A stretch of DNA of 64,000 bases from Pavona decussata (Eukaryota). The notes beneath the pieces are model-generated. The model was not told the DNA's origin and did not search any database. It was given only the letters and a program-made list of their open reading frames with translations. How positions within the stretch are numbered: the stretch's first letter is position 1; the number at the start of each line of letters is the position of its first letter. The translations under genes and the position numbers were made by a program. The stretch spans positions 6,758,001 through 6,822,000 of the forward strand of contig CDRNST010000233.1 of NCBI GenBank assembly GCA_977016875.1, written 5' to 3'. Below are positions 1 through 12,215 of the stretch, one piece after another.

Positions 1-1010
1 CAAGGCAAAATTAGGAAAAGAGTCAGAAACAAGAGAAGATTGGTCAGGCAACTTTGAAAAAATGCTTTAGAAAAGTAGGCAAAAGACAGGCAACAGGAAG
101 AAATTGTTTCGCACTTACAGAGTAGGAGTGATTTTACTTGTAACCAAATGCAATGTATAAAAGTGATACAGTATATTGCATGTACTTCAGTCTGAGATGA
201 CTGCATGTATGAAAAGGAAATCAAGCAATTATTATAAGAGCATTCTTCCATCACTTTTCTAGAGGATATTCAAAGCAAAATGATGAATTTGGAAGCTGAT
301 GTAATTCAATTCTGAGTGAGGGAAAGTTTGGCAATTTACGATTAATCTCTTACTGAGGATTGTGTGTAATGTTTGTATCAAGCAATTTAAAGCTGATGTT
401 TGACAAGCAGGCATTGATCATAAAGCAATTAACGGTACATGCATTTCTTGACCGGTATTTAATTACTTGAATCTTCCAGTGCTGCTTGAGCCCATGTTTA
501 TTTAGGTTATGTATATATGCGTACATTATTATACTCCATATCCTTATTGATTGCACTGTACGTTTTGTAATTTTATATGTGTAAATAAATCAGTAATGTA
601 GTACATGTATGCAAAATAATTATTTGTTATAATGTGGCCTAAGGTTAAAGAGTATGCCAGACGGAAAAACGTCAGTGAACACAGCCTGTCCTCAGCCTCT
701 TCAATTCGGGAGTCAGATGAGGATACCTGCCAGCATCAGGTAAATGCCTTTTATGCACTTTTTTGCATCATACTTTATTATTATTATTGTTTATTCGTTA
801 TGGAGGGGGGAATTCTTAGGAGAATTGTGTTTGTGTCTTTATTCTTTAGTAATAAAGAACCATTAGTTTGTGAATCATTCAGAAAAGTGTGTTCCCTTGA
901 AATTAACATTAATTACTCCATAATTATCTGTAATTCACTTGATATGTAGCAGTTCTCACATGATAGAGTCCTTTTCTGTATTGTACATGTACCACTCAGC
1001 CACTGCTGTA

Positions 1011-1233
1011 TAATAGCCTATTTTATAATTGCATGCTCAGTGACCTGGCCTATGAAACAAGGCTGGCGGTGACCTTGTTTTGATTTGGACTTCACTACTT
1101 TTCTCATGTAAATTGTGTTGTCCTTATGCTAACTACTCAACATTTACATGAGAAAGACGAAGAGGTTTGTATCAAAACCAGCCTTTCACTGAAAGGCCAG
1201 GTCAATGAACAACAACTGGAAAATTGGCTATTA
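1011..1233. mobile_element. Palindromic MITE
   Basis: Imperfect terminal inverted repeats TAATAGCCTATTTT / AAAATTGGCTATTA; internal inverted pairs GACCTGGCCT/AGGCCAGGTC and TTTCTCATGTAAAT/ATTTACATGAGAAA. Confidence 0.6.
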
Positions 1234-1696
1234 TCATACCACTCAGTGGCTGTTCCATCACACTGTAAATATTGCACATGCACCAGTGCTTCCTGTTCTG
1301 CTGGCCACTGTTCCATGGCTTTCCCACCTCACAAAATCATACCACTCACCCACTGTTCCTCTACACCACATCACACCACTTGACCATTGTTTATCACTTT
1401 TTCACCTCACTACATGTATATTGTACCGCTAAACCACTGTTCCACGACACTACACTATACTGTATCACTCAGCAACTGTTCCACTACACTATATTGTAGC
1501 ACATGGTAGCACACCAGTGGTTTACAGTTCCACTGTACTTTAATGTCATACCAGTCAGTTAATGTTCTACCAGTTGTACTAGTAGTATCTTTCTATGATG
1601 TACAACTGTATCAAATGTGGTCATTAAGAACTACATGTAGTCATCTTGGTACACATTAGAAATAACTTATCACTGTTATTTTTGTTTGTGTTATAG

Positions 1697-2032
1697 GACT
1701 AAAGTGACATGACCGCCAAACAGGTTGCTCTGGACAGGGAGGAGCCTTTCCCATTTATAATACTGAAGGGCCGCCTGGATTCACATGATCAAGAGCTACA
1801 TTTGGCTGCTGATAAGAAGCTACTATGTTTATTTACTAGCAGCCTTGTCAAGGCAACTCTTGGGTTACTAAGCTGCTATTAAATTGTTTTCATGTTTAAT
1901 TACCCTGCTGGATTAAAAAACATTTTTTTGTATTTGCAAAAATGTATTTTGCAAATTCATGATGGCAAGAAGCTACCGGCTTCTGTCATCACGTTTGTTA
2001 ATGAAATTGACAGTTTGTCAAAGTGTAGCTAA
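1697..2032 (+). pseudogene. Decayed terminal exon of an EnSpm accessory gene (SAMD3-like C-terminal region)
   Basis: After the TTATAG acceptor it translates as DMTAKQVALDREEPFPFIILKG...KATLGLLSCY*IVFMFNYPAGLKNIFLYLQKCILQI...; in-frame TAA stops are present. The Y..F...YP......F.Q pattern is recalled from this ORF class. Confidence 0.5.
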
Positions 2033-5020
2033 TTGTCCATATACTGTAACTGACAACAGTGGTCTAGCAGGGCCCAGATATGACATGCTACTTAACTTTT
2101 GTCTTTTGCCACATACTGAAGCTTTGTTGATCTAAAAATTGAACCAGGTCAGCTTTATGCATGCAAGAAGTTACACTTTGACAAACTATCAGTTATCTCC
2201 TTGCATGTGGACTTTTCCATGCAGTGCTTTTCTCTGCGGTTATAAATTAAGCATTTAAGGAATTGACGAGAGCATGAAAGACGTGAAGGGTGAAACAATG
2301 GGTGACAAATGTTTCTCCCTACTTCTGTGCCTTAAAACAGAACAAAGCACAGCTATGGCTTGTTTATTTGTTTTATAATAGAGCCAAACTTATCCGCAGA
2401 GAAAGGTACTTCAATTTGTGATAATCAAAGTTTTGTTTTGCATTGCTTGCACGCCCTCAGTGGCAACATGGATACACTAAATTTGCACTAAAGCACCCTC
2501 AATATTATATAGTACTCCTGAAAGGCAAGCCATTTTTCGTTTTGATATAATGGAAATACAGAGACATTTGTACTCTTGACTTTTGCATTTCAGAAGACTT
2601 TTAAACGTTAACCCTGGTTTTCACTAGCTATTTATTACATAAGGGTAAGCACAGGCTCAAAAACGTTTTATGTCAAGTGGAAACACTTGCTTACGTTAGT
2701 CCTGTTTTCACTTGGCTTTAAATCGTATGTTTATGTTTGGTGCTTGTTGATTTTGTTGTTCATTATAGTTATAAATGACACATTTTCCATTTGAAATATA
2801 TAACAGTAAACAGGCTATACTCTTTATTGTAAAAAGCAAGTTTTAAAATACCATAATATAAAGATTATACCGTGTATATATATCAAGATTAATTTTATTC
2901 AAGTTTGTTAACAAGGTTAAGTTTAATGAAAAATTTTGCTATTCAGATAGTGATGTGAGGATAATTTTACTCTTAACTATAAGTCACGTTTAATCATTAA
3001 AAGAGTAAACCGGGATGCAATTTTGTGAGTTGTCTTAAAACCGTATATTGAGGTCATTTTACTCAAACCTTGAGTAAACTGTCAGTTTACTCAAAATAAT
3101 GAGTCATTGTGGATTCAATTGGCTCGAGTGCTTATACTCGTTATTTCGAGTGAATTTTACTCAAAAGTGAGTTATTTTACTCTCACCTGAGTAATTTTTA
3201 CTCACAATGTTGAGTAAGTTTTACTCAACACTTGTGCTTTTACTCAATGTATTTAGTAAAGTTTACTCATGTGTGAGTTATTTTACTCACGCATTAGTAC
3301 TTTCTACGCACACCATTGGAAGGATTTTACTCAACATTCATACTTCAGTTTACTCATCATTTCAAGTTATTGTGGATTCAACGTTTTACTCAATATTTTG
3401 AGGAGTTTTTACTCGGCTTTTTTTGCGGTGAAGGAGCGGAAGACTTAAAGCGTCATTATTATGATTATTGACGAGCGGCATCATGAGCTCATGAAGTAAA
3501 ATTCTGGTTTTCTGGTTAAATTTTTCCCACATCAAGAACCCAGTGCCCAAACGTTTCATTTGCTGGATTTTCATCCATGTGGACTTCCCTTGCAAGGAAA
3601 AACTTGGATTATATGCCCGCTTGAAATGCGACAGTAGTCATAAAAATGTATTATGAAAGAATACACCTTATGGCTGTGTGCGAAATATGTCTTTTTTTCT
3701 TTTCCTTCGCAGAGCCATTTACATTATAAACTGTCACGAGTAACTTATTTTTGTACCCCTTCATAAACCGTTCCTTCATTACTGGAAAGGAGCGACGACA
3801 GTGAGGGATCTTTTCAATTAGGATTCCGTGATCTCTAGAAAGTCACTACTAATATTTTATGTATATAACACACATGATATAACAATAACTGTAACATCAC
3901 ACGCGATGCAATTCATTGCCCGCAAATAGGTTTTGAGTTTGTTCGATGAAACAGTTAGCTATATTCCTATCATCAAAGTCTTGCTCAATAGCAAAACACT
4001 AAGAAAAAGGAAAATCATATCAAAATTTAATTTACCTTTAGCAAGGCTTAGTAGACACAAACGTGTAGTCTTTTGGTGGAGGCATCGGAAATAACTGTCC
4101 TTTTTCTCGCTTGCCCGTTGTTTTCATGAAACATATTTCTTTCTTTTTTTTCTGTAAAATTAAAGCAGCGGTCCAAAAAGGCTATTTTTCCCTGTCTTAA
4201 CAGTGGATCCGGCCTTAAGAGTCCACGTGGGCCCAAAGAGGATAAGAAATTAACAGTGGATATGAAAGGTGTACATGTCAAACAATTCACCACCAGCAGA
4301 TTGAATATTCATAAAAAGAAAAGAAAGAAAACATCTCATGACATCACGCAGCTCAGCTTTTTTTTTTTTTTTTTTTTTTTTTACAGTTCGCATTCAACAT
4401 TTGCTCGGTTACTGTCATTTTTGGTACAGACAAAGATCAAAATTTGTTTATTGCACACTGTAAAATTTTGATGCTAGCAGCACTTTCGATATAGGCAAGC
4501 AATCAGGTTAAAACTAGTTATAACAGCTTGCATAACATATACTGTGGACGTAAGTCTATTAACTGCACTAATTTTGTGATATTTAAATGACAGAGACGAA
4601 AAAAAAAAAAACCATTAGCATTTTGTAATCCGTGGTCTCATCGACAGGTTTTTATCGCGTTCAAACTTTTATTTTATCTATACTAATTTCCCCCAAGGAA
4701 CTGCGTAAAAGCTCAAAAGTTTACGCTAGCCGTTTAAATCGACAACAAGTCGCTGTTCGATGAAATGATTTAGGAAATTGTGCTTTTTCGTGCATTGTAA
4801 AACCTTTGAGCTGTAGATTGCCAACAAAGCTACTATTTGTGCGATATTTTTCTTAGTTGCCTCCCCGACTATTACAAACGGCACCCGCAACGGATATTTC
4901 AAGAAAGTCTCGCAATTTTCAGCAAACGTCGTCTCCATGGTTTCTTATTTCCGTTTTACGTGGTTTGTTTTTGTTTTGACTCCTTTCTACACCCCTTATT
5001 TGAATCAACGCTGTTAAGAG

Positions 5021-5069
5021 AGTTTTAACCGACGTTTCGGCAATGCTGCCTTCTTCAGGGTACAAAACT
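5021..5069 (-). ncRNA. Minimal type I hammerhead ribozyme (Penelope pLTR type)
   Basis: Minus strand: AGTTTTGTACC-CTGAAGA-A-GGCA-gcat-TGCC-GAAA-C-GTC-GGTTAAAACT. It has an intact CUGANGA/GAAA core, a 4-bp stem II, stem I pairings ACC/GGT and AGTTTT/AAAACT, and a GUC cleavage triplet. Confidence 0.7.
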
Positions 5070-5333
5070 ATACCGTTAAAAGGTTCGTTAATTTAGCTCA
5101 CATGCCTGAATTCATAATCGCGCTCGTGCGCGCATCTCATGTATATGGCAGCGCATGCCAGCGCATGCCAGCGCGCGAGCAAGTAAAAAACGAGCATTTC
5201 ACGTGAAGCTAAAGTCCTGATTAAGGCTACTAAGACTAACAGTTCCATATTTAACAATCAACCGCACATCCTGCTTCTTCCGGTATTCTTGGTTGGAATA
5301 CCGGAAGTCTCTTACTTTAATTCGCAGCCCAGT
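5021..5333 (-). mobile_element. 3' end of a Penelope-like retroelement running into the assembly gap
   Basis: Minus-strand frame reads TGLRIKVRDFRYSNQEYRKKQDVRLIVKYGTVSLSSLNQDFSFT*, resembling the C-terminus of Penelope GIY-YIG ORFs. A hammerhead motif follows downstream. Confidence 0.65.
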
Positions 5334-5618
5334 NNNNNNNNNNNNNNNNNNNNNNNNNNNNNNNNNNNNNNNNNNNNNNNNNNNNNNNNNNNNNNNNNNN
5401 NNNNNNNNNNNNNNNNNNNNNNNNNNNNNNNNNNNNNNNNNNNNNNNNNNNNNNNNNNNNNNNNNNNNNNNNNNNNNNNNNNNNNNNNNNNNNNNNNNNN
5501 NNNNNNNNNNNNNNNNNNNNNNNNNNNNNNNNNNNNNNNNNNNNNNNNNNNNNNNNNNNNNNNNNNNNNNNNNNNNNNNNNNNNNNNNNNNNNNNNNNNN
5601 NNNNNNNNNNNNNNNNNN
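5334..5618. other. Assembly gap (N run)
   Basis: Run of N characters. Confidence 0.99.
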
Positions 5619-6537
5619 CGGAGAAATAAATACAAGAGACGTATCGACGAATTAGAACTCAAAAAACAAGAGAAGAAACAAAAGAACGAACAAATTGAAG
5701 GTTGAGGGAGAGGAGGAAGGGATAGAGGGACTTACGGACAGGTGGAGAAGATGTTTTCACATGCAATGTATACGTAATGCAATTGAACGAAATGTAAGGT
5801 AACGCAACAAAATGGTATAATGCAATGTAATGTTATGTAATATTTCACTTTAATACAGTAATTAAATTACACAGAAATATTAACAATTGATCATTTGTTG
5901 GAAGCCTCCTTCAATCTATTGTTTTTAAAAGTGTATACATGTAATTAGAATTTACACATGACAACAAGTTTAATTAAAAGTATATTATATTCCGGCTACA
6001 CTATTCTCAGTCTACGTAACTAGCCTGTACACAAACAACCTACAACAGCTACTACTCTTAACTTGCGTTTTGGTTAGGCCACATTCTTACTTTTGTCTCA
6101 AAAACTTTAAAATACAACGTTTGTATAAGCTCATTATACAAATGATATGTTCTAGTGCGAGGAAGTTTTGGCGGTAATGGCATACTTTTAAGACTTACAG
6201 CTTACCTATAACCAGGGCAAGCATGCATGTTTGACAGTACAGTCAGGGAATTTTTTTGTATCGTCTATATTCAAGTTCGAGGGTTAAATTATAAAGGTCG
6301 CTGGTAACGCTAAACCCCAAACTCAAGTATCAATTGCAAACAAAATTGAGAAACTGTGGCGACTGGCGATTTCAAACTGATATTTATATGGAGTTTTTTT
6401 TTGTGCTTATGCTTATAGGGTGGTCGTATATTACACTTAATTTTGTTTCATTTATTGCTGGTCAGTAAAACAGCATGATAAGAAAAGTATTATGCGTATA
6501 CTTATTGTTATGTTCCTGTCATTTAGAGTTGCCTTTA

Positions 6538-7533
6538 CTATGCTGTGCCTACCTTCAAAGCTTTCTTTACCATCGATCTAACGTATTTTGTCCTTTGTAC
6601 TTTGGCAAATCTCAAAACAGGGTCATCTAGCACACTGTGCAAATATAACGAACTTGCGAAGGAAACAAGCGAGATACCTGTTTTTTCATCACCTAGAGGG
6701 TAAAGCACTGGACGTCTCTTTCGACAACAATTGAAAGTTGGAAGCATTTGCGACAATGCGTTTCTGTAATCTGGCATTCTTAAACAGTAAATAAGGAAAT
6801 TGATAAAAGAATTACTGTATTGAAGAAGCTTGATGAGGAATACAGCTATACCAGGAATTCGCCTACACTGATTGCACATGTGAACTACAATAGACAAAAT
6901 CTGGAAAGGCAACCAAGTCAGAACGAATAATGCCGTTATGAGAAATAATGTCCTTGATAACTTTGCCTCTCTTCTTGCTTGAACTTCATTGTGTATTCGG
7001 GAAGCTTGCTTTCTACAAATAATGTAATAAGCAACGCATGCTATCAACAAAGGTGCCGACAGGCTGACAATAACAACAGCTAGGAACTGCTTTGTTGTGA
7101 TGACGGAAAAACTAAGCAGCACTCGAGTTGAAGTCACCATGATGGATACGATCCAAGGTATTGCTATGGCAACAGTGTAACTGCGCAAAGGGAGCTGTCT
7201 GTGACGAAGAGGGCGAGCAACGGCGTTTAACCTTTCAAGCGAAATGACAGCTAGGGTAAATATTGAGGATAAACCTGTAAACATATCCACGCAATGAAAT
7301 ACCACTGCTGATAGAAGCTTTTGGTCTGAAATACATAAGAGGATGTAAATCGGCAGTGCACACAATCCAACCAGCAGATCAGCGATGGCCAAACTGATTA
7401 ACAAGAAATGAGGGCGCTTACGAATGCTTTTCTTGAGAAGTATTATGATGGAAAGGGAGTTCCCAAAGATGATTAAGAAGGCCATCACCCCGAAGCACAC
7501 AGTCCAGAAGTTGTTCCATCGGTTGAAGTTCAT
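6538..7533 (-). CDS. Class A (rhodopsin-like) GPCR, paralogue 1
   Basis: Seven hydrophobic segments; motifs GN (TM1), SLAIADLLVG (TM2), SLERL (DRY equivalent), TWLPFQ (TM6), NSFINFLIY (TM7). Start set at MNFNRW (7533) because it aligns with the paralogues and a likely splice acceptor lies at ~7561; an upstream in-frame ATG exists at 7581. Confidence 0.93.
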   Translation of the reverse strand: MNFNRWNNFWTVCFGVMAFLIIFGNSLSIIILLKKSIRKRPHFLLISLAIADLLVGLCALPIYILLCISDQKLLSAVVFHCVDMFTGLSSIFTLAVISLERLNAVARPLRHRQLPLRSYTVAIAIPWIVSIMVTSTRVLLSFSVITTKQFLAVVIVSLSAPLLIACVAYYIICRKQASRIHNEVQARREAKLSRTLFLITALFVLTWLPFQILSIVVHMCNQCRRIPGIAVFLIKLLQYSNSFINFLIYCLRMPDYRNALSQMLPTFNCCRKRRPVLYPLGDEKTGISLVSFASSLYLHSVLDDPVLRFAKVQRTKYVRSMVKKALKVGTA

Positions 7534-8526
7534 TTTTGATTCGACCAAAACTTGAGTTCCCTGCGAGTGGAAATGCAACATTAAAACGTTACTCTCTACA
7601 ATTCACCCAATAAACTTTTGAAACCATCCATGCTGGAAGTTGTTTGCCTTTCTTCAGGTTGACACAGCGCGTTAACCTTGAGACCTTTCCTTATTATTTT
7701 TAGCCTTGATGTCTTAAGTAAATAACTATTGCTCAAAGTGGACATAAATAGGAATCTTTTCAGTGACAATAGGAGGCATATATATTCTTTTGGTGTCTCT
7801 AAATTCTGAACAAGGCTATTCTAGCTGTTTCCAACCTTCGGTGTAGCCCTTAATATTCTTCTTCAAACTGCATGATGTCATTTTTGCATGCTTCTGCTCT
7901 CATGATCAGTGATCGCAATGTTTCTACTCCCGGTTTTTTTTTGCTATAGGGCGTATGCACGTGACGCCAATACCACTATGTTAGTGTACCATCAGCAAAT
8001 GGTTTCGCATCGGCTCCTTTTGTTAGAGTTCACCAGTATGGCCGCCACACCACTGTCATTTGGAACTCTTGGGATTAGTTGCATACACTGCATAGAGGGC
8101 GGAACGGAAGATTTTTAGTTCAGTCGTGAGCAAGAGAATTTAATCGTCATTATTATGACAATGACAAGCTCATAAACAAAAACCCAAGGCACAGGGCGCA
8201 GAGGAGTCAAATTTGATGTAAATTGTGAACAAACCGTCCTGAGGTCTTAAATTACGCGCCTGTAGAAAGATTTTCTCCAAGACACAATCTGCATACATCA
8301 GTGACTGTGGGAGCATCACCATAGCCAAAAACTAGGTAACTGAGTGAGCTTACAGTAAAAATAGAGCTTCACATGCATAGAAGCTAAGTAAACTATTTCT
8401 TATGCAAACGTGGAACTAAACAAAAGATTCTCCGAGAGATGCTATTTCAGGTCACTTCTTATAAAACTGTGAACCAAAAAGGTCATGTGCTGCATGGCGC
8501 ATGTACAAACAAAGAAGTATTGATTG

Positions 8527-8569
8527 ATCCAGTGAAGAAGGGCTTTAAGCCCGAAACCGGCGTATGGAT
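8527..8569 (+). ncRNA. Degenerate hammerhead ribozyme motif (Penelope pLTR remnant)
   Basis: ATCCA-GTGAAGA-A-GGGC-tttaa-GCCC-GAAA-CCGGC-GTA-TGGAT. Stems I and II are intact but the core C3 is replaced by G. Confidence 0.5.
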
Positions 8570-10089
8570 TTTCCTTCAACCATTATTGTGCATGCACATT
8601 GATTTTCCTATCAGCTAGAGGTCCTTTTAATATAGAAATTGAAATAGATAATATACAATATAGGAAGCTGTAGGATTAATGTCTGAGATATAGCAGGTCA
8701 ATAACTAAACAAAGGTTTACATTTTTTGAATAATAAAAAGTAAGTTATTCCTTTCATCAACATCCTGGTCGATTGCTAAACCAACTAATAAATATAAGAA
8801 CGAAATTATCTAAGAGACAAATTATCTATCATTGAAATTACCTGCACGAAGGCTAAGTAACCAGGAAGTGTCGTTTTGTGGTGTTCCTCTGGTATTCTTT
8901 CCCTCTTGACTGTTTTTTTTTTTTTAATGAAATATATATCCTTTTCTCTTGCTTAAAATTACAAAGGGCTGGTTCTGTTGCCGTTATAGCAGCGAGTGAC
9001 TTAGTCCTCGGTTTCGAAGCACTCACTGGCAAGGGACTGGTAAAATTTATTCGCAATTTACAAAAGGAAAGAAAACACCGGGTACTTCTTGCTATCAGCT
9101 TCGGTTTATCATGTTAAGTTGAAGACAGGTTCATGGTCATGGTTGAGTTTAATTAATTTTCATTGAATTCAATACGGAAGTTGCAATACTGTATGCAATA
9201 TAGAACCTTTCAATCTTTGATATTAATTAAACGTTTGCTTCCCTACAGCCTGACGTACAGATGTGACATCAGTAATTTCTTCAATAAAAATGAATTTGAT
9301 CTTTTCTACTCGCAATGTTCTTACAGTTTTCATTCCATCTTTGCTCGGTTTCTGTTTAATTTCAAGTAAACAAACATCAAAAAACATCTTCAAGAAAACG
9401 GAAAAGTTATAAGTTGATGCACACTCCAATGTGCCAATAAAATTTTGATGCTGCTAGGCAACCAGGTTAAAATTAGTCATAATAGCTGGCCCTAACAAAT
9501 TACTGCTAAAAAGATAGAGTTGCGGGACATCTATTAGCATTTTGTAATTTGTAGTCTTTTAAACAGATTTGATCCCTTGCAGACATGCTTTTTTTTTGTT
9601 TTTTGTTTTTTTGTTCAGCCATCAATAATAATTTCACTAAAGCTACCCTGGCAAAAAAAAAAAAAGACAAAAAAAGAAAGAAATCTTCCAAGTTTTCTGA
9701 AACAAGTCGTTGTTAAAGGGTTGATTTGCAAAATTCTGCTTCCTCATTATACTGAACATGAAAATGCATTTCCGCTGCAGGTGATCAAGCAGCTTTTCGT
9801 GCGAAACGCGTCTGGCAGGTTGCCCTGCGGCGGCATGATACACGCCACACTTGCGCCCGCTCAGCGTTTTACTAATGTAGCTTTTTTTTCTTTTTTTTCT
9901 TTTTTCAATTTTCTTTTTCCTTTTTGGCGACTATTTACCACTTTTGTTTGAAAGCTTTTTGCCACAAGCTACTTCACATTTCTTTTCCCCGGGGAAAGAT
10001 GCTGTTTATTCCTTGTAAGCAACGGCAATATGTTTTAATGCCCGACTTTGATCTTTTTTGTCAATATGTCCCTGCAAACTTTTAATTAG

Positions 10090-10408
10090 TCCGTCCTTTC
10101 CTGTGACCCCAATTTGTTTTCATTTCGATCAAAATGTAGTCTCAGAGTAGGTATGGCTAACAAGCAAGCGAGACAATTTTCTTGAGGACAACGCACAGCT
10201 AAGTGAATTGAGAAGAAAGTAGCCCATATGTCTGTGCAAACTTTAGCGCTATCCTTTTGTGTGCCCCCAACTGTTTTCCATTACGATTAAAAATTATAGC
10301 TTCGGAGTAGATGTGGATAACAAGCAAGCGAGACAATTAGTATCTAGACATCCAACTACTTTCCATTTCGATCAACAATATAGTCTCCGACTTGGTATGA
10401 ATAACTAG
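10090..10408. repeat. Three degenerate direct repeats
   Basis: TTTCATTTCGATCAAAA..TAGTCTC.GAGTAGGTATG..TAAC recurs at ~10118, ~10277 and ~10361; the first two continue AAGCAAGCGAGACAATT. Confidence 0.6.
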
Positions 10409-10830
10409 TTTTTCATTTCACCCAAACACCAGTTACCTGCCAATGAAAATGCAACATTAAAAAGTTAGTCCTTTAATTTTCTCAATAAAGGTTTGAACCG
10501 ATTCCGCGAAGGAAGTTGTCTACCTTTCTTCCAGGGCAAGTTAACTGTTGAGACGTTTCCTTATTTTAAGCTTTGATCATGATGTTTAACAAATAATTGA
10601 TGACTAAATAAAGGCCTAGTCAGTGACAATACGAGGACTATTTTTAAACGTTTCTAAATTCCGAAAGGAGCTATGCTTCGTTTGAACTGAGTCCAGAATC
10701 AATGGTCAACAAATTGGAGCCACTTTAGCTTTAGCTATTTTATCAATGACAATGTTTTCACTCCAAGGTTTAATTATAACAAGGAGTGGGCGTCTTTCAG
10801 CGTCATTAATTATTATGATAATAGCAAGCG
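10405..10830 (-). pseudogene. Orphan copy of the GPCR1 5' flank, splice acceptor and 5' UTR with the coding sequence missing
   Basis: Colinear similarity to 7535-7810 (ATGCAACATTAAAA, GGAAGTTGT..CCTTTCTTC, TTGAGAC.TTTCCTTATT, CAGTGACAATA). Similarity stops at the position of the GPCR1 start codon. Confidence 0.65.
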
Positions 10831-11087
10831 GCAGCACGAGCCATGGAATAAACTTCAAAGTGGATAAAGCAGTTCTACACTGAAGAATTGGAATTTTGGA
10901 TTAACTTTTGCTGTAGTACAAACAAACTATTGAAACGTTAAGTTCAGTTCAGCTCTGGTTATTTCAGTTTGAGCACTTCATGTCGTTGACCACAGATTTT
11001 TTGTTTAAACCCACTGAAGCCCATCCTCAACCAAGTTCTGCTCGAGAGCCTCATGCCAGGGCGTAATCTCATTAAAAAAAATTATAC

Positions 11088-12215
11088 TTTTCTGGTTAAA
11101 TTTTCCTCACATCTATAACCTACTGCTAAAATGTTTTGCATGACTTTTGCCGATGGCGTCGTGCCGTCTGTCAGTTATCATAAAAATGCATTTTTAAATA
11201 ACACACCTTATGGCAGCGTGCAAAATATGTCTTTTTCTTCTCAGAACCAATTACAACTGAAAAACGGCCATAAGTGGTATTTTTGTACCGCTTCATAAAC
11301 CACTCCTTCAGTGCTGGAAATCGGCGACGACAGTGAGGGACCTTTAAGGGCTATGCTATCCTTAATTAGTATTTCATGATCGCAAGTCACTTATAATATA
11401 TAATATATAACATACATGATATAACGATGCAATATAGCATAACACACCGATTCAGGTCACTAATGACCAAATGGGTTGTGAGTTTGTTTGATGAACGAGT
11501 GAGCTATTCCTGTCGCCAAAGTTTCGCTCAATGCCTAGCTAATACTAAGAAGAAGGAAAATATATCATTTAAATTACCTTTAGTACGTCTTAGTAAACAC
11601 GTACGTGTCGTCTCTTAGTGGATACACCGGAACTGTTACTGTCTTCTTTCTTGTAAGCCCGTTGTTTTCATGAAATATATTTACTTTTTTCTCGTAGAAT
11701 TAAAACGGATCGAGCGGTCTATATAAAGGCCTTTTTCCCCTGTTTTAACAATGAATGATATGTGAAAGGTTTTAAACTACTCCCACCAGCAAATTGAAGA
11801 AATTTATTAATAAAAAAGGAAAGAAAGAACACGCTATAAGAATTATGAACTTTTCACTTTCATGCTTGTCAGATTACGTTACGTTACGGTGTTTTTGTAT
11901 ATTTGTCTTTGAAGACCCACCGGTACCCCATAAAAGGTGAAAGGAGCTGGGCATTAGGCCCTCCGTATAACCTAAGACCAAACATGCAGCTAATAACAGA
12001 CAATTGTCAATAAAGAAAGAAAACATCACATGACATGGGGCAGCTCAGGGGATTAGCTCACTATTTCACTTTTAAACTGGTTCAATCGTTTAGCTGGCCA
12101 TGGATAGTGCATGGTATTCATGTTCACGTTTATTGACTTGAGTTTAGCACAACTGTATTTCGCTTTTTTTTTTCACTTTACAGTTTGTGTTTAACCTTAA
12201 TTCGGTTACAGTCAT
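11088..12215. repeat. Diverged segmental duplicate of ~3505-4420
   Basis: Shared colinear blocks: TTTTCTGGTTAAATTTT, ACACCTTATGGC..GTG.GAAATATGTCTTTTT, CTTCATAAACC, GCGACGACAGTGAGGGA, GCCCGTTGTTTTCATGAAA, CACCAGCA.ATTGAA. Confidence 0.8.

Larger units (their letters stand above)
1..3430 (+). mobile_element. 3' portion of an EnSpm/CACTA(CMC)-like DNA transposon, decayed
   Basis: Ends in TTTTTTGCGGTG at 3430 (reverse complement CACCGCAAAAAA, a CAC-type TIR). About 20 TTTACTC(A)/(T)GAGTAAA subterminal motifs lie in both orientations at ~2965-3415. Upstream is a decayed exon resembling the accessory ORF of animal EnSpm elements. The left end is outside the window. Confidence 0.7.

Noticed and set aside
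1240-1540. His/Thr/Cys-rich ORFs at 1126-1499
   Set aside because: Produced by a degenerate CACTG/CCACT low-complexity tract that is open in all three frames.
5289-5705. ORFs spanning the N run
   Set aside because: Artefacts of translating through the assembly gap.
6790-6850. Opsin identity suggested by the conserved TM7 lysine
   Set aside because: The lysine maps to 7.39; the retinal-binding position 7.43 is Tyr or Phe in all five receptors.
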